Positions 55,260 through 64,000 of a stretch of DNA of 64,000 bases are shown piece by piece; the stretch's first letter is position 1, and every line of letters begins with the position of its first letter. The DNA comes from an uncultured Actinomycetota bacterium (GTDB lineage: Bacteria > Actinomycetota > Actinomycetes > Propionibacteriales > Nocardioidaceae). The translations under genes were made by a program, and so were the position numbers. The stretch is from the NCBI GenBank assembly GCA_963708885.1, contig CAVPUF010000003.1, forward strand, positions 1,042,303-1,106,302, read 5' to 3'. The notes under the pieces are model-generated. The model had not been told where the DNA came from. It did not search any database and was given only the letters and a program-made list of their open reading frames with translations.

Positions 55260-57381
55260 CTCCGGCTCCCAACCGATCGAGGATCCATGCATAGATCTCA
55301 GCTTCGTACCCGAGGTGGCCGGTGCGGCCCGACGGCCCCACGTGCGCCCCGGCACCGGTCTCCACCCGGAAGAGGCACCGGGGCGACCATGCCGGGTCGG
55401 AGTGCCGCAACGCGGCCACCCACTTGGCAGGCTCCCGGACCATCACCCGAGGGTCGTGCACGGCGCCCGTCACGAGGAGGTCCGGACGACCGCCCGCCGG
55501 AGGCAGGTTGTCGTAGGGCGAGTAGGCCAGCATCCAGTCGAACTCCTCCCGCACGCGGGGGTCGCCCCACTCCTCCCACTCGGTGATGGTCAGCGGCGTC
55601 GCCTCGTCGAACATCGTGCTCACCACGTCGACGAAGGGCACCTCCGCCACCACCGCCCGCCACCGGTCGGGGCGCTGGCTGAACACCGCGCCCTGGAGCA
55701 GACCCCCGGCGCTCAGCCCGCGGGTCGCGATCCGGGTCCCGTCGACCAGGCCCTCCCGGTCGAGCCCGTCGGCCACCGCGGCCAGGTCGTCGAAGGTGTG
55801 CTGCTTGTGCCGCATGCTGCCGTCGAGCCACCAGCGCCGGCCCTCGTCACCCCCGCCCCGGACGAGGGCGTGCACCCAGACCACCCCACGCTCGAGGACG
55901 CTCGGCAGGGCCGGGTCCCACTCCGGCTCGTCCACGGCCTCGTACGCGCCGTACGCGTACACCACGGCGGGGGCTGAGCCGTCGAGGACGGTGTCGCGGT
56001 GGCGCAGCAGGATCGCGGGAACGCCGGTCCCGTCGGGTGCGGGGAACCTCCGACGCTCGGTGACGTAGGCGTCCGGGTCGTGGCCCGGGGCCCCGGCCCG
56101 GTGCACCTCCGACGTGCTGCCGGTGGCGAGGTCGACCGCCGACCAGACGGGCGGGTGGAGATAGGTCTCGTCGCGCACGGTCACCGTCGGGGCGTCGTAC
56201 GCCGTGTTGCGGGCCAGGTCGAGACAGCCCACCTCGAAGCGGCTCGTGACGACGATGCCCGGGCCGGCCAGGTCGTCGTGACCGACGATCCGCAGCCGGT
56301 GCCGCCCGTCGGCCCGGTAGGACAGGACCACCCCGCCGGCGAACGCGTCGGCCCGCAGCAGCCGCTCGTCGGGACGCTCCGGTCGGACCTCGGACCAGGC
56401 GCTCGCGTCCTGGTCCACGCCGAGCGGCACCGGGGCCGTCATCAGCCGGAACTCGACCGCGTCGTCGTTGGTCACCACGAGCATCTGCTCCCCGCCGGCC
56501 GACCGGGCGTGCTCGACCCGGTAGGAGACGCCGTGCCGGCGTCCCCCGACGGACCGTGGGGGAGCCTCCGGGTCGCGGGCGTCGACCACCCAGGCCTCGC
56601 TGGTGGACCGGCTCTCGCTCCAGATCAGGATCAGGTCGCCGCTGCGTGAGGGGCGGAGGTTGACCTCGAACCTGGGGTCGAGCTCCTCGAGCACGAGGGC
56701 GTCGTCCGCGGGGTCGGTACCGAGGCGGTGCCGGCGGACCTGCCAGGGCCGGTAGGAGTCGTCGTGGACGGTGTAGAAGAACCATCGGGAGTCCGCGCTC
56801 CAGGCGCCGCCGTAGTAGCTGCGGGCGACCCGGTCGGGGAGGTCGACGCCGGTCCGGAGGTCGCGGAAGCGCAGCTCGAACACCTCGTCCCCGGTCGTGT
56901 CGGCGCTGTAGGCCAGCAGGTCCTCGTCGGGGCTGACGAGCGTGAGACCGACGTCGAGGTGGCCGGTCCCGGCGTCCAGGGAAGCGATGTCGAAAAACGC
57001 ATGTGACGATTCGGATTCGGTTGTTGAACTTCCCTCTGAATCATGATTCAGTCGCCACAATTCGGCGTAGTCGCTGTTCACGGGGTGGCGGGTCCAGTAG
57101 GTGTATCGCCTGCGCGACCAGCGAGCGGACTCGTCGGTCATCGAGAGCCGTGACAGCATCTCCGCCCGCAGGGCGGCCGTGAGGGAGTCCAGATGAACAC
57201 AGGACGCGTCGTAGAAGGCCCGCTCGGCGGCGAGGTGGTCGACGACCGCGGGTCCGTCGCCCCCCAGCCAGTGGTAGGGGTCCGGGCGCGCCACACCGTG
57301 CTCGGCATGCGCGTACGGCGTGCGGGGCGCGGTGGGCGGGCCGAGGGGGGCGTCGCTCGCAGAGGTCGGCACGGCGGTCAC
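55252..57381 (-). CDS. ptrB: S9 family peptidase, oligopeptidase B type
   Basis: 709-aa ORF. N-terminal PPTAPRTPYAHAEHGVARPDPYHWL, propeller region, catalytic GLSAGGLL (Ser), then D and H further on. Confidence 0.9.
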   Translation of the reverse strand: MTAVPTSASDAPLGPPTAPRTPYAHAEHGVARPDPYHWLGGDGPAVVDHLAAERAFYDASCVHLDSLTAALRAEMLSRLSMTDESARWSRRRYTYWTRHPVNSDYAELWRLNHDSEGSSTTESESSHAFFDIASLDAGTGHLDVGLTLVSPDEDLLAYSADTTGDEVFELRFRDLRTGVDLPDRVARSYYGGAWSADSRWFFYTVHDDSYRPWQVRRHRLGTDPADDALVLEELDPRFEVNLRPSRSGDLILIWSESRSTSEAWVVDARDPEAPPRSVGGRRHGVSYRVEHARSAGGEQMLVVTNDDAVEFRLMTAPVPLGVDQDASAWSEVRPERPDERLLRADAFAGGVVLSYRADGRHRLRIVGHDDLAGPGIVVTSRFEVGCLDLARNTAYDAPTVTVRDETYLHPPVWSAVDLATGSTSEVHRAGAPGHDPDAYVTERRRFPAPDGTGVPAILLRHRDTVLDGSAPAVVYAYGAYEAVDEPEWDPALPSVLERGVVWVHALVRGGGDEGRRWWLDGSMRHKQHTFDDLAAVADGLDREGLVDGTRIATRGLSAGGLLQGAVFSQRPDRWRAVVAEVPFVDVVSTMFDEATPLTITEWEEWGDPRVREEFDWMLAYSPYDNLPPAGGRPDLLVTGAVHDPRVMVREPAKWVAALRHSDPAWSPRCLFRVETGAGAHVGPSGRTGHLGYEAEIYAWILDRLGAGDG
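57037..57050. promoter_or_regulatory. perfect 14-bp palindrome in an AT-rich patch inside ptrB (candidate operator for the divergent ABC operon)
   Basis: TGAATCATGATTCA. The surrounding 80 nt (56991-57070) are 38/80 G+C by my count, against about 70% elsewhere. Confidence 0.35.
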
Positions 57382-59256
57382 CGTACCGCCGGGTCCCTGC
57401 TGGTGGCTCTCGGGTTACTGCTCGCGTCGCTGCTCCCCGGCCTGGCCGCGGGGTCGGCGAGCCCGGCCGCGGCCAAGTCCAAGGTGGTCTTCCACGTGGC
57501 GATGCTGGGTGAGGGTGTCGACTCGCTGAACCCGTTCCTCGGGTTCCAGGCGCCGTCCTACGAGATGTGGGGCCTCACCTACGACTACCTCGTCGGCTAC
57601 TCGATGAAGGACATGTCCCCGGAGCCCGACCTGGCGACCAAGTGGACCACGTCGTCCGACGGCAAGACCTGGACCTTCACCGTGCGCTCCGGCGTGAAGT
57701 TCTCCGACGGGGTGCCGCTGACCGCGAAGGACGTCGCCTACACCTACAACCGGGTCCTGAAGCCGGGAAGCGTCGAGGGCACGAACTGGCTGTCCTACCT
57801 CCAGGGCGTGACCTCGGTGACGGCGCCGAACGACACCACCGTGGTGATGAAGCTCAAGAAGCCGATCGCCACCCTGCCTCTGCTGCCGATCCCGATCGTG
57901 CCCGAGCACGTGTGGAAGCACGTGAGCGAGAGCCAGATGAAGAGCTATCCCGCGGCGCCGACGGGAGGGAAGCCGGTCGTCGGCGAGGGTCCCTTCCGCC
58001 TGGTCCAGGGCACCGCCAACGGCACGACCTTCAAGTTCGAGGCCAACCCCACGTACTGGGGCGGGAAGCCCCACGTCGACGAGGTGATCTTCCAGTTCTA
58101 CAAGAACGACGACTCCGCGATCCAGGCGCTGATCAAGGGCGAGATGGACTTCGTCGAGGGGATCACGGCCCTGGAGGTCCAGCACCTCAAGGGCAAGGCG
58201 GGCATCACGGCGCACAACGGTGACTCACCGGGCTTCGACGAGATCGCCTTCAACACCGGTTCGGTCGACACCAAGGGCAAGCCGATCGGGAACCCGAACC
58301 CGGCCGTGCTCGACCCGAAGTTCCGGCACGCCCTGGGCTACGCACTGAACCTGCCGCAGCTGATCACCAAGGTCTACCAGGGCGCCGGCCTGCCCGGGAC
58401 GACGATCGTGCCGCCGACGTACTCGACCTGGCACTGGGAGCCTCCCGCCGGCCAGAAGATGACGTTCGACCTGACCAAGGCGGGGCAGCTGCTGGACGCG
58501 GCGGGCTACAAGAAGGGGTCGGGCGGGCTCCGGACGCTGCCCAACGGGAAGCCGATCGGCACCCTGAGGCTGGCGGCCCGCTCGGACTCGCAGACGTCGC
58601 TGAACACGATGGACTACTTCCACCAGTGGCTCACCGACCTCGGCATCAAGTCGCAGGTCCAGACCTACAGCTCCAGCCAGCTGACCAACGTGATCTACAA
58701 GGGCGACTACGACACCTTCCAGTGGGGTTGGTACGTCGAGCCCGACCCGGACTCGATGCTCAGCTACATGACGTGCGCGCAGCGCCAGCACTCGTCGGAC
58801 TCGTTCTACTGCAACAAGCAGTACGACGCGCTCTACAACGCCCAGCACGTGTCGACCGACAAGGCGCAGCGCGTCCAGCAGGTCATGAAGATGCAGCAGA
58901 TCCTCTACCGCGACTCGCCCTACCTGGTGACGGCGTACTCGTCGATCGGGGAGGCCGTCCGCAGCGACAAGTTCGCCTGCTTCGTGCCCCAGCCCAACCC
59001 GGGCGGGATCTGGCTCGAGCAGTACGGCGTCTACAACTACATCCACATCAAGCCGGCCGCGGACGCCGGCAACTGCGACTCGGCCACGGCGGGCGGCAGC
59101 CTGAGCGGTGAGGTCCAGGCGACCACCGGCGGCTCGAACGGGTCGTCGGTCGGGACCCCGGCCCTCATCGTCGGGGGTGTCGTCGTGGTCGGCGCGCTGG
59201 TCGCCGGTGGCATCGTGATGATGCGTCGTCGGGCCACCACGGCGGACCGGGAGTGA
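57307..59256 (+). CDS. ABC transporter substrate-binding protein, family 5 (peptide/nickel), with C-terminal TM anchor
   Basis: Signal-like LLVALGLLLASLLPGLAAGSASPAAA, family-5 body (KFSDGVPLTAKDVAYTYNR...). C-terminal GTPALIVGGVVVVGALVAGGIVMMRRR. ATG 57307 overlaps the ptrB 5' end by 75 nt; GTG 57403 is the alternative. Confidence 0.8.
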   Translation: MRVRRAGRGGRAEGGVARRGRHGGHRTAGSLLVALGLLLASLLPGLAAGSASPAAAKSKVVFHVAMLGEGVDSLNPFLGFQAPSYEMWGLTYDYLVGYSMKDMSPEPDLATKWTTSSDGKTWTFTVRSGVKFSDGVPLTAKDVAYTYNRVLKPGSVEGTNWLSYLQGVTSVTAPNDTTVVMKLKKPIATLPLLPIPIVPEHVWKHVSESQMKSYPAAPTGGKPVVGEGPFRLVQGTANGTTFKFEANPTYWGGKPHVDEVIFQFYKNDDSAIQALIKGEMDFVEGITALEVQHLKGKAGITAHNGDSPGFDEIAFNTGSVDTKGKPIGNPNPAVLDPKFRHALGYALNLPQLITKVYQGAGLPGTTIVPPTYSTWHWEPPAGQKMTFDLTKAGQLLDAAGYKKGSGGLRTLPNGKPIGTLRLAARSDSQTSLNTMDYFHQWLTDLGIKSQVQTYSSSQLTNVIYKGDYDTFQWGWYVEPDPDSMLSYMTCAQRQHSSDSFYCNKQYDALYNAQHVSTDKAQRVQQVMKMQQILYRDSPYLVTAYSSIGEAVRSDKFACFVPQPNPGGIWLEQYGVYNYIHIKPAADAGNCDSATAGGSLSGEVQATTGGSNGSSVGTPALIVGGVVVVGALVAGGIVMMRRRATTADRE

Positions 59257-59263
59257 CCACTCG

Positions 59264-60304
59264 ATGACCCACCTCATCGCCGAACCGGCGCTGGTCGCGC
59301 AGGCGGAGGAACAGCCCCGGGGGCACGGGTACGCGTCGTACGTCGGGCTCAAGGTGCTGGGGTCGATGGGCAGCCTGCTGTTCATGCTGCTGGTGAACTT
59401 CTTCCTGTTCCGGGTGCTGCCGGGCGACCCGGCCCGCAGCCTCGGCAGGGGAAAGCTCAACACCCCCGCCCAGGTCGAGGCGTTCAACCGGACCTACGGG
59501 CTGGACCAGTCGCTCCCACGGCAGTTCCTGACGTTCCTGACCAGCACGGCTCGGGGCGACCTCGGTCTCTCGCTGCAGTACCGGGTCCCGGTGTCCCAGC
59601 TGATCGGGCAGGCGATCTGGCCGACCATCCTCCTGGTGGGCAGCTCGACGATCCTGGCCTCGCTGATCGGCGTCTACCTCGGGATCAGGGGCGCGTGGAA
59701 CCGCGGTGGCCTCTTCGACCGGGTCTCGACCGGGTCGTCGCTGACGCTCTACGCGATGCCCGAGTGGTGGCTCGGGCTGCTGCTGATCGCCGCCTTCGGG
59801 GTCGGGTTCTGGATCTTCCCCGGCATCTTCCCGACCGGCGGTCTGCACTCGCCCGACGTGAACCCGAACTCCCTCAAGGGCGTGCTCGACACGACCTGGC
59901 ACCTGGTGCTGCCGGTCACCACCCTGACCCTGGCCTACCTCGCCGACTACTCCCTCATCATGCGCAGCTCCCTGCTCGACGAGCTGGGGGAGGACTACCT
60001 GCAGACGGCGCGGGCCAAGGGACTGCGCGACGTACGGGTGCGCAACCGGCACGCCGTCCGCAACGCCCTGCTGCCGACCACGACCGTGGTCGCCCTCAAC
60101 ATCGGGTTCGTGGTCTCGGGGGCGATCACGGTGGAGACGGTCTACTCGATCCCCGGGCTCGGGCTGCTGTCCACCGACGCCATCGGGGTCCCGGACTTCC
60201 CGGTGCTCCAGGGCACCTTCCTGATCGCCAGTGCCGGGGTGATCGTCGCCAACCTGGCGGCGAACCTGATCTACGGCCTGCTCGACCCGCGGGTGCGCAC
60301 ATGA
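59264..60304 (+). CDS. ABC transporter permease (DppB/OppB-like)
   Basis: 346-aa ORF with EAA-loop region LDELGEDYLQTARAKGLRDVRVRNRHAVRNAL. Confidence 0.9.
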   Translation: MTHLIAEPALVAQAEEQPRGHGYASYVGLKVLGSMGSLLFMLLVNFFLFRVLPGDPARSLGRGKLNTPAQVEAFNRTYGLDQSLPRQFLTFLTSTARGDLGLSLQYRVPVSQLIGQAIWPTILLVGSSTILASLIGVYLGIRGAWNRGGLFDRVSTGSSLTLYAMPEWWLGLLLIAAFGVGFWIFPGIFPTGGLHSPDVNPNSLKGVLDTTWHLVLPVTTLTLAYLADYSLIMRSSLLDELGEDYLQTARAKGLRDVRVRNRHAVRNALLPTTTVVALNIGFVVSGAITVETVYSIPGLGLLSTDAIGVPDFPVLQGTFLIASAGVIVANLAANLIYGLLDPRVRT

Positions 60305-61218
60305 GCGCGGCCGGCGCCCCGGTGCGGCAGCCGAGCACGCGTCAGCTGGCGCGACGCCGTCGTACGGCGTCCTGGCGGCGTGGGTGGGCGCAGTTCCGCG
60401 CCCGCCGCAGCGGGATGCTCGGCCTCGGGATCCTGACCTTCTTCATCGCCGTGGCCCTCCTCGCGCCCGTGCTCACGGACCCGTCGGGCCTCGACGTGAC
60501 CCTGGCCAACGGGCCGATCCTGCACCCGCCGACCTCGGGCTACCCGCTCGGCACCGACGAGAACGGCCGGTCCGTGCTCACCCTGCTCATCTGGGGCGCC
60601 CGGATCTCGCTGTTCGTGGGCCTGTGCGCCACGCTGATCTCGATGGTGATCGGCACGTTCACCGGGCTGGTGTCGGGCTACTTCACGGGCTGGGTCGGGC
60701 GGATCACCTTCCGGGTCACCGAGTGGTTCCTGGTGATCCCCTTCCTGCCGCTGGCCATCGCCCTGGCCTCCGTGCTCGGTCGTGGGCTGTTCAACATCGT
60801 CATCGTGATCGGCGTGACCTCCTGGCCGGGCACGGCGCTGCTGATCCGCAGCCAGACGCTCTCGATCAAGGAACGCGCCTACGTCGAGCGGGCCGAGGCG
60901 ATCGGGGCCGGACGCTGGCACCAGCTGGGTCGGCACGTGCTGCCGAACGTGATGCCGATGGTCTTCGCCAACACCACCCTGACCGTGGCCATCGCGATCC
61001 TCTCCGAGACGACCCTGAGCTTCCTGGGCCTGGGCGACCCCACCCGCACCTCGTGGGGCACCATGCTCGACGACGCCTACCACGCCGGCGCGATCACGAC
61101 CGGCTGCTGGTGGTACGTCGTCCCACCCGGCGTGTGTGTCGTCCTGGTCGTGCTCGCCTTCACCCTGATCGGGCAGGCGCTGGAGGAGATCTTCAACCCC
61201 CGGCTGAAGGGCCGCTGA
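60301..61218 (+). CDS. ABC transporter permease (DppC/OppC-like)
   Basis: ATG 60301 overlaps the previous stop (ATGA). PLGTDENGRSVL, IKERAYVERAEAIGAGRWHQLGRHVLPN. Confidence 0.9.
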   Translation: MSAAGAPVRQPSTRQLARRRRTASWRRGWAQFRARRSGMLGLGILTFFIAVALLAPVLTDPSGLDVTLANGPILHPPTSGYPLGTDENGRSVLTLLIWGARISLFVGLCATLISMVIGTFTGLVSGYFTGWVGRITFRVTEWFLVIPFLPLAIALASVLGRGLFNIVIVIGVTSWPGTALLIRSQTLSIKERAYVERAEAIGAGRWHQLGRHVLPNVMPMVFANTTLTVAIAILSETTLSFLGLGDPTRTSWGTMLDDAYHAGAITTGCWWYVVPPGVCVVLVVLAFTLIGQALEEIFNPRLKGR

Positions 61219-62225
61219 TGAGCACGCCCGCGACCACGCCGTCGCCGCCGCCGGTCGAGACCTCGACCCTTCTGCAGCTCCGCGACCTGCACGTCACCTA
61301 CGCCACCGAGGCGGGCCCGCTGGCGGCGGTCCGCGGCGTCGACCTCACCGTCGAGCGCGGGCAGATCGTCGGGGTCGCCGGCGAGTCCGGCTGCGGCAAG
61401 TCCACCCTCGCCGGCACGATCCTGAGGCTCCAGGCGCCCAACGCGACGGTGCGCGGCGAGGTCCTGTTCGACGGTCACGACGTCCTCACCATGCGGTGGG
61501 GCGACCTCCGCGCCGTGCGCTGGTCGGGTGCCTCGATCGTCTTCCAGGGTGCCTTGCACTCCCTCAACCCGGTCTACCGGATCGGCGACCAGATCGCCGA
61601 GCCGATGCAGGTGCACATGCCGGGCCTGGGGGAGCACCGGACCCACGACCGGGTCTCCGAGCTCCTGGAGCAGGTCGGCCTCGACCCGGCCCGCGCGCGC
61701 CACTACCCGCACCAGCTCTCCGGGGGGCAGAAGCAGCGGGTGATGATCGCGATGGCCCTGGCCTGCGACCCCGAGCTGGTCGTGGCCGACGAGCCCACCA
61801 CGGCGCTCGACGTGATGGTGCAGGCCCAGGTGCTGGCGGTGCTCTCGTCGCTGGTCCGCGATCGTGGCGTCGGGATGCTGATGATCAGCCACGACCTGTC
61901 GGTGCTGGCCGACCTCTGCGACCGGATCACGGTGATGTACGCCGGGCGCGTGGTCGAGGAGGGGCCGGCCGACCAGATCTTCTCCGCACCCCTCCACCCC
62001 TACTCCGGCGCTCTCTCGGCGGCGTTCCCGAAGGTCGGCGACCCGGCGGCCCGGTTCGCGCCCTCGGGTCTGCCCGGCGACCCGCCCGACCCCCGCAACC
62101 TCCCCGGTGGTTGCTCGTTCGCGCCGCGCTGCCCGAGGGCGGCCGAGGTGTGCCTGCCGGCCGAGCCCGAGCTGATGCCGTACGGCGAGGGACGGGTCGC
62201 CGCCTGTGTGAGGATCGAGGCATGA
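61218..62225 (+). CDS. ABC transporter ATP-binding protein (DppD/OppD-like)
   Basis: GESGCGKST, LSGGQKQRVMIA, VVADEPTTALD, C-terminal oligopeptide-type Cys motif GCSFAPRCP. Confidence 0.9.
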   Translation: MSTPATTPSPPPVETSTLLQLRDLHVTYATEAGPLAAVRGVDLTVERGQIVGVAGESGCGKSTLAGTILRLQAPNATVRGEVLFDGHDVLTMRWGDLRAVRWSGASIVFQGALHSLNPVYRIGDQIAEPMQVHMPGLGEHRTHDRVSELLEQVGLDPARARHYPHQLSGGQKQRVMIAMALACDPELVVADEPTTALDVMVQAQVLAVLSSLVRDRGVGMLMISHDLSVLADLCDRITVMYAGRVVEEGPADQIFSAPLHPYSGALSAAFPKVGDPAARFAPSGLPGDPPDPRNLPGGCSFAPRCPRAAEVCLPAEPELMPYGEGRVAACVRIEA

Positions 62226-63241
62226 CCGCGACGGCATCCGTCACGACGGGCGCCGAGCTCTCGGCCCGTGGCGTCAACGTGCACTTCACCACCCGCAACG
62301 GCCGGGTCGCCAAGGCCCTCGACGGGGCCGACCTGCTGATCAGGTCCGGCGAGGTCGTCGCACTGGTCGGCGAGTCCGGCTCGGGGAAGACGACGCTGGC
62401 CCGCACGTTGGTCGGGCTGACGCAGCCGTCGGCGGGCGAGGTCGTCTGGGAGGGGAAGGCGCTCAACCGCAGCAGGCGCGGGCTCAAGGCGCTCCGCCGG
62501 CACGTGCAGCTCGTGCTCCAGGACCCCGCGGGCGCGCTGAACCCCCGTCAGACCGTGTACGAGTCGGTGGCCGAGGCGATGCGGATCCACAAGCTGGTCG
62601 GTCCGTCCGGCCGGACCGAGGCCGAACTGGTCGCGGCAGCGCTGTCATCGGCCGGGCTGCGGCCGCCGGAGGGGCTGTTCCTCCGCTACCCGCACGAGCT
62701 GTCCGGGGGCCAGCGCCAACGCGTGCTGATCGCCGGCGCGCTCGCCGTGCAGCCGCAGCTGCTGATCGCCGACGAGCCGGTCTCGAGCCTCGACGCGTCG
62801 ATCCGCGGCGAGATCCTGGCGCTGCTGCTCAAGCTGCGCGAGGAGCTCGGCCTCGGCGTGCTCGTGGTGACCCACGACCTCGGGCTGGCCTGGAACATCG
62901 CGGACCGGATCGCGGTGATGTACCTCGGACGCGTCGTCGAGACCGGGCCGACCGAGGAGGTGCTGACCGCGCCGCAGCACCCTTACACGCAGGCTCTTCT
63001 GTCGGTCGTCCCCGAGATGGAGGGGCTCGAGCCGATCGTGCTCCGGGGCGAGATCCCCGACCCCACGCGGATCCCGACCGGGTGCCGGTTCCATCCGCGG
63101 TGCCCGGCCCTCGCCTCGGGAGAGGCGGCCCACGTCGCCGACGCCTGTCGCGGGACGTCGCTGCCGATCCTGCCCGCCGACCCCGAGGGCCACCGCTGCG
63201 CCTGCCACCTGGTCGCGTCCCGTGCGGAGGTGGCGACGTGA
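62222..63241 (+). CDS. ABC transporter ATP-binding protein (DppF/OppF-like)
   Basis: GESGSGKTT, LSGGQRQRVLIA, LIADEPVSSLD, GCRFHPRCP. Confidence 0.9.
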   Translation: MTATASVTTGAELSARGVNVHFTTRNGRVAKALDGADLLIRSGEVVALVGESGSGKTTLARTLVGLTQPSAGEVVWEGKALNRSRRGLKALRRHVQLVLQDPAGALNPRQTVYESVAEAMRIHKLVGPSGRTEAELVAAALSSAGLRPPEGLFLRYPHELSGGQRQRVLIAGALAVQPQLLIADEPVSSLDASIRGEILALLLKLREELGLGVLVVTHDLGLAWNIADRIAVMYLGRVVETGPTEEVLTAPQHPYTQALLSVVPEMEGLEPIVLRGEIPDPTRIPTGCRFHPRCPALASGEAAHVADACRGTSLPILPADPEGHRCACHLVASRAEVAT

Positions 63242-64000
63242 GCCTGCAGGCGGCGCTGCCGCGCGAGCTGTACGTCGACCCGGCGGCGTGGGCGCGGGAG
63301 CGCGAGCAGGTGCTGCTGCGGGAGTGGACCTGTGTGGGACGGGTCTCCGATCTGGGGCTCGACGCCACCGACCGGGTCGCGGTCGTCGACGTGCTGGGCG
63401 AGTCGGTGGTGCTGACGGCGGACGCCCGGGGCGTCCTGCACGCGTCGTACAACGTGTGCCGCCACCGTGGATCGCAGCTCTTCCCGACGGTCCCGGGCAG
63501 CCCACCGCAGCTGTGCGACGCCAAGTCGATCCGCTGTCCCTACCACTCGTGGACCTACGCGCTCGACGGCTCCCTGCTCCGAGCCCCGCACACCGAGGAG
63601 GGCGACGTCGAGCCGGCCGACTTCCGGCTGCACCCGCTCGGGGTCGAGGTCTGGGGCGGCTTCGTCTTCGTCCATCCCACACCCGACCAGGCCGAGCCGC
63701 TGGACGCGTCGGTGGGGCGGGCGTCCCGCACGCTTGCGAACTACGGGCTCGGGGCCCTGGTCACCGGGCTGACCCTGACCTACGACGTCGCGGCGAACTG
63801 GAAGGTGGTGGCCGAGAACTACAACGAGTGCTACCACTGCGGGCCGGTGCATCCCGAGCTGTCGCGCCTGGTCCCGGCGTTCGCGAGCGGCGGCTCCGGT
63901 CTCGACTGGGACGATGGGATCCCGCACCGCGAGGGCGCCTGGACCTTCACGATGTCGGGGACGACCACCCGCTCGCCGCTGCCGGGACTCAGCGACGCGG
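63238..64000 (+). CDS. Rieske [2Fe-2S] aromatic-ring-hydroxylating oxygenase alpha subunit (5' part; runs off the window)
   Basis: Not in the ORF track because no stop is reached. My translation from GTG 63238: VSLQAALPRELYVDPAAWARE..NVCRHRGSQL...IRCPYHSWTY (Rieske CxH...CxxH), later NYNECYHCGPVHPEL. Confidence 0.8.
   Translation, partial: MSLQAALPRELYVDPAAWAREREQVLLREWTCVGRVSDLGLDATDRVAVVDVLGESVVLTADARGVLHASYNVCRHRGSQLFPTVPGSPPQLCDAKSIRCPYHSWTYALDGSLLRAPHTEEGDVEPADFRLHPLGVEVWGGFVFVHPTPDQAEPLDASVGRASRTLANYGLGALVTGLTLTYDVAANWKVVAENYNECYHCGPVHPELSRLVPAFASGGSGLDWDDGIPHREGAWTFTMSGTTTRSPLPGLSDA

Overview
About 64 kb of a high-GC (by eye about 70%) actinobacterial chromosome. It is almost fully coding, with roughly 65 genes, many joined by 1-14 nt start/stop overlaps. 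Lineage is a guess from gene content only, possibly Nocardioides-like. Core content: a conserved actinobacterial block of SepH, ferrochelatase, IMPase, DUF4193/DUF4235/DUF3093, dut, DUF3710, an OB-fold protein, DUF3159, two TrkA-type genes, an APC permease and an RNA uracil-methyltransferase. From memory this is the same order as the M. tuberculosis Rv2697c-Rv2689c neighbourhood. The window also holds aconitase, thymidine kinase, a two-domain acyl-CoA reductase, oligopeptidase B and a 5-gene peptide/nickel-type ABC importer. Unusual content: (1) A ~10 kb insertion (23.75-33.75 kb) with no integrase sits in the 3' end of the RNA methyltransferase gene. It is bounded by a 32-bp direct repeat, and the native GC-rich gene terminus is displaced to the right junction. 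Cargo includes a tandem HD-GYP/LuxR regulator, a cupin/SnoaL/TPR-like operon and several membrane proteins. (2) A tandemly duplicated two-gene module (doubly anchored propeller-like membrane protein, then a SigE-family ECF sigma factor overlapping it by 14 nt); the second sigma gene is decayed. (3) A 103/104-bp tandem repeat array starting at the sepH stop codon. (4) A perfect Gram-positive/mycobacterial-type LexA box in front of a small ORF plus a DUF222/HNH (REP13E12-like) gene. (5) An AT-rich patch with a perfect 14-bp palindrome inside ptrB, upstream of a head-to-head overlapping ABC operon. (6) About ten +1 frameshifts in otherwise conserved genes, which may be assembly indels rather than biology. 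I found no rRNA, tRNA, CRISPR, transposase or integrase gene. I cannot point to a clearly defined new defence-type system; the island and the sigma modules are the best candidates for undescribed biology. All family names come from reading the translations and recalling homologues; no database search was run.
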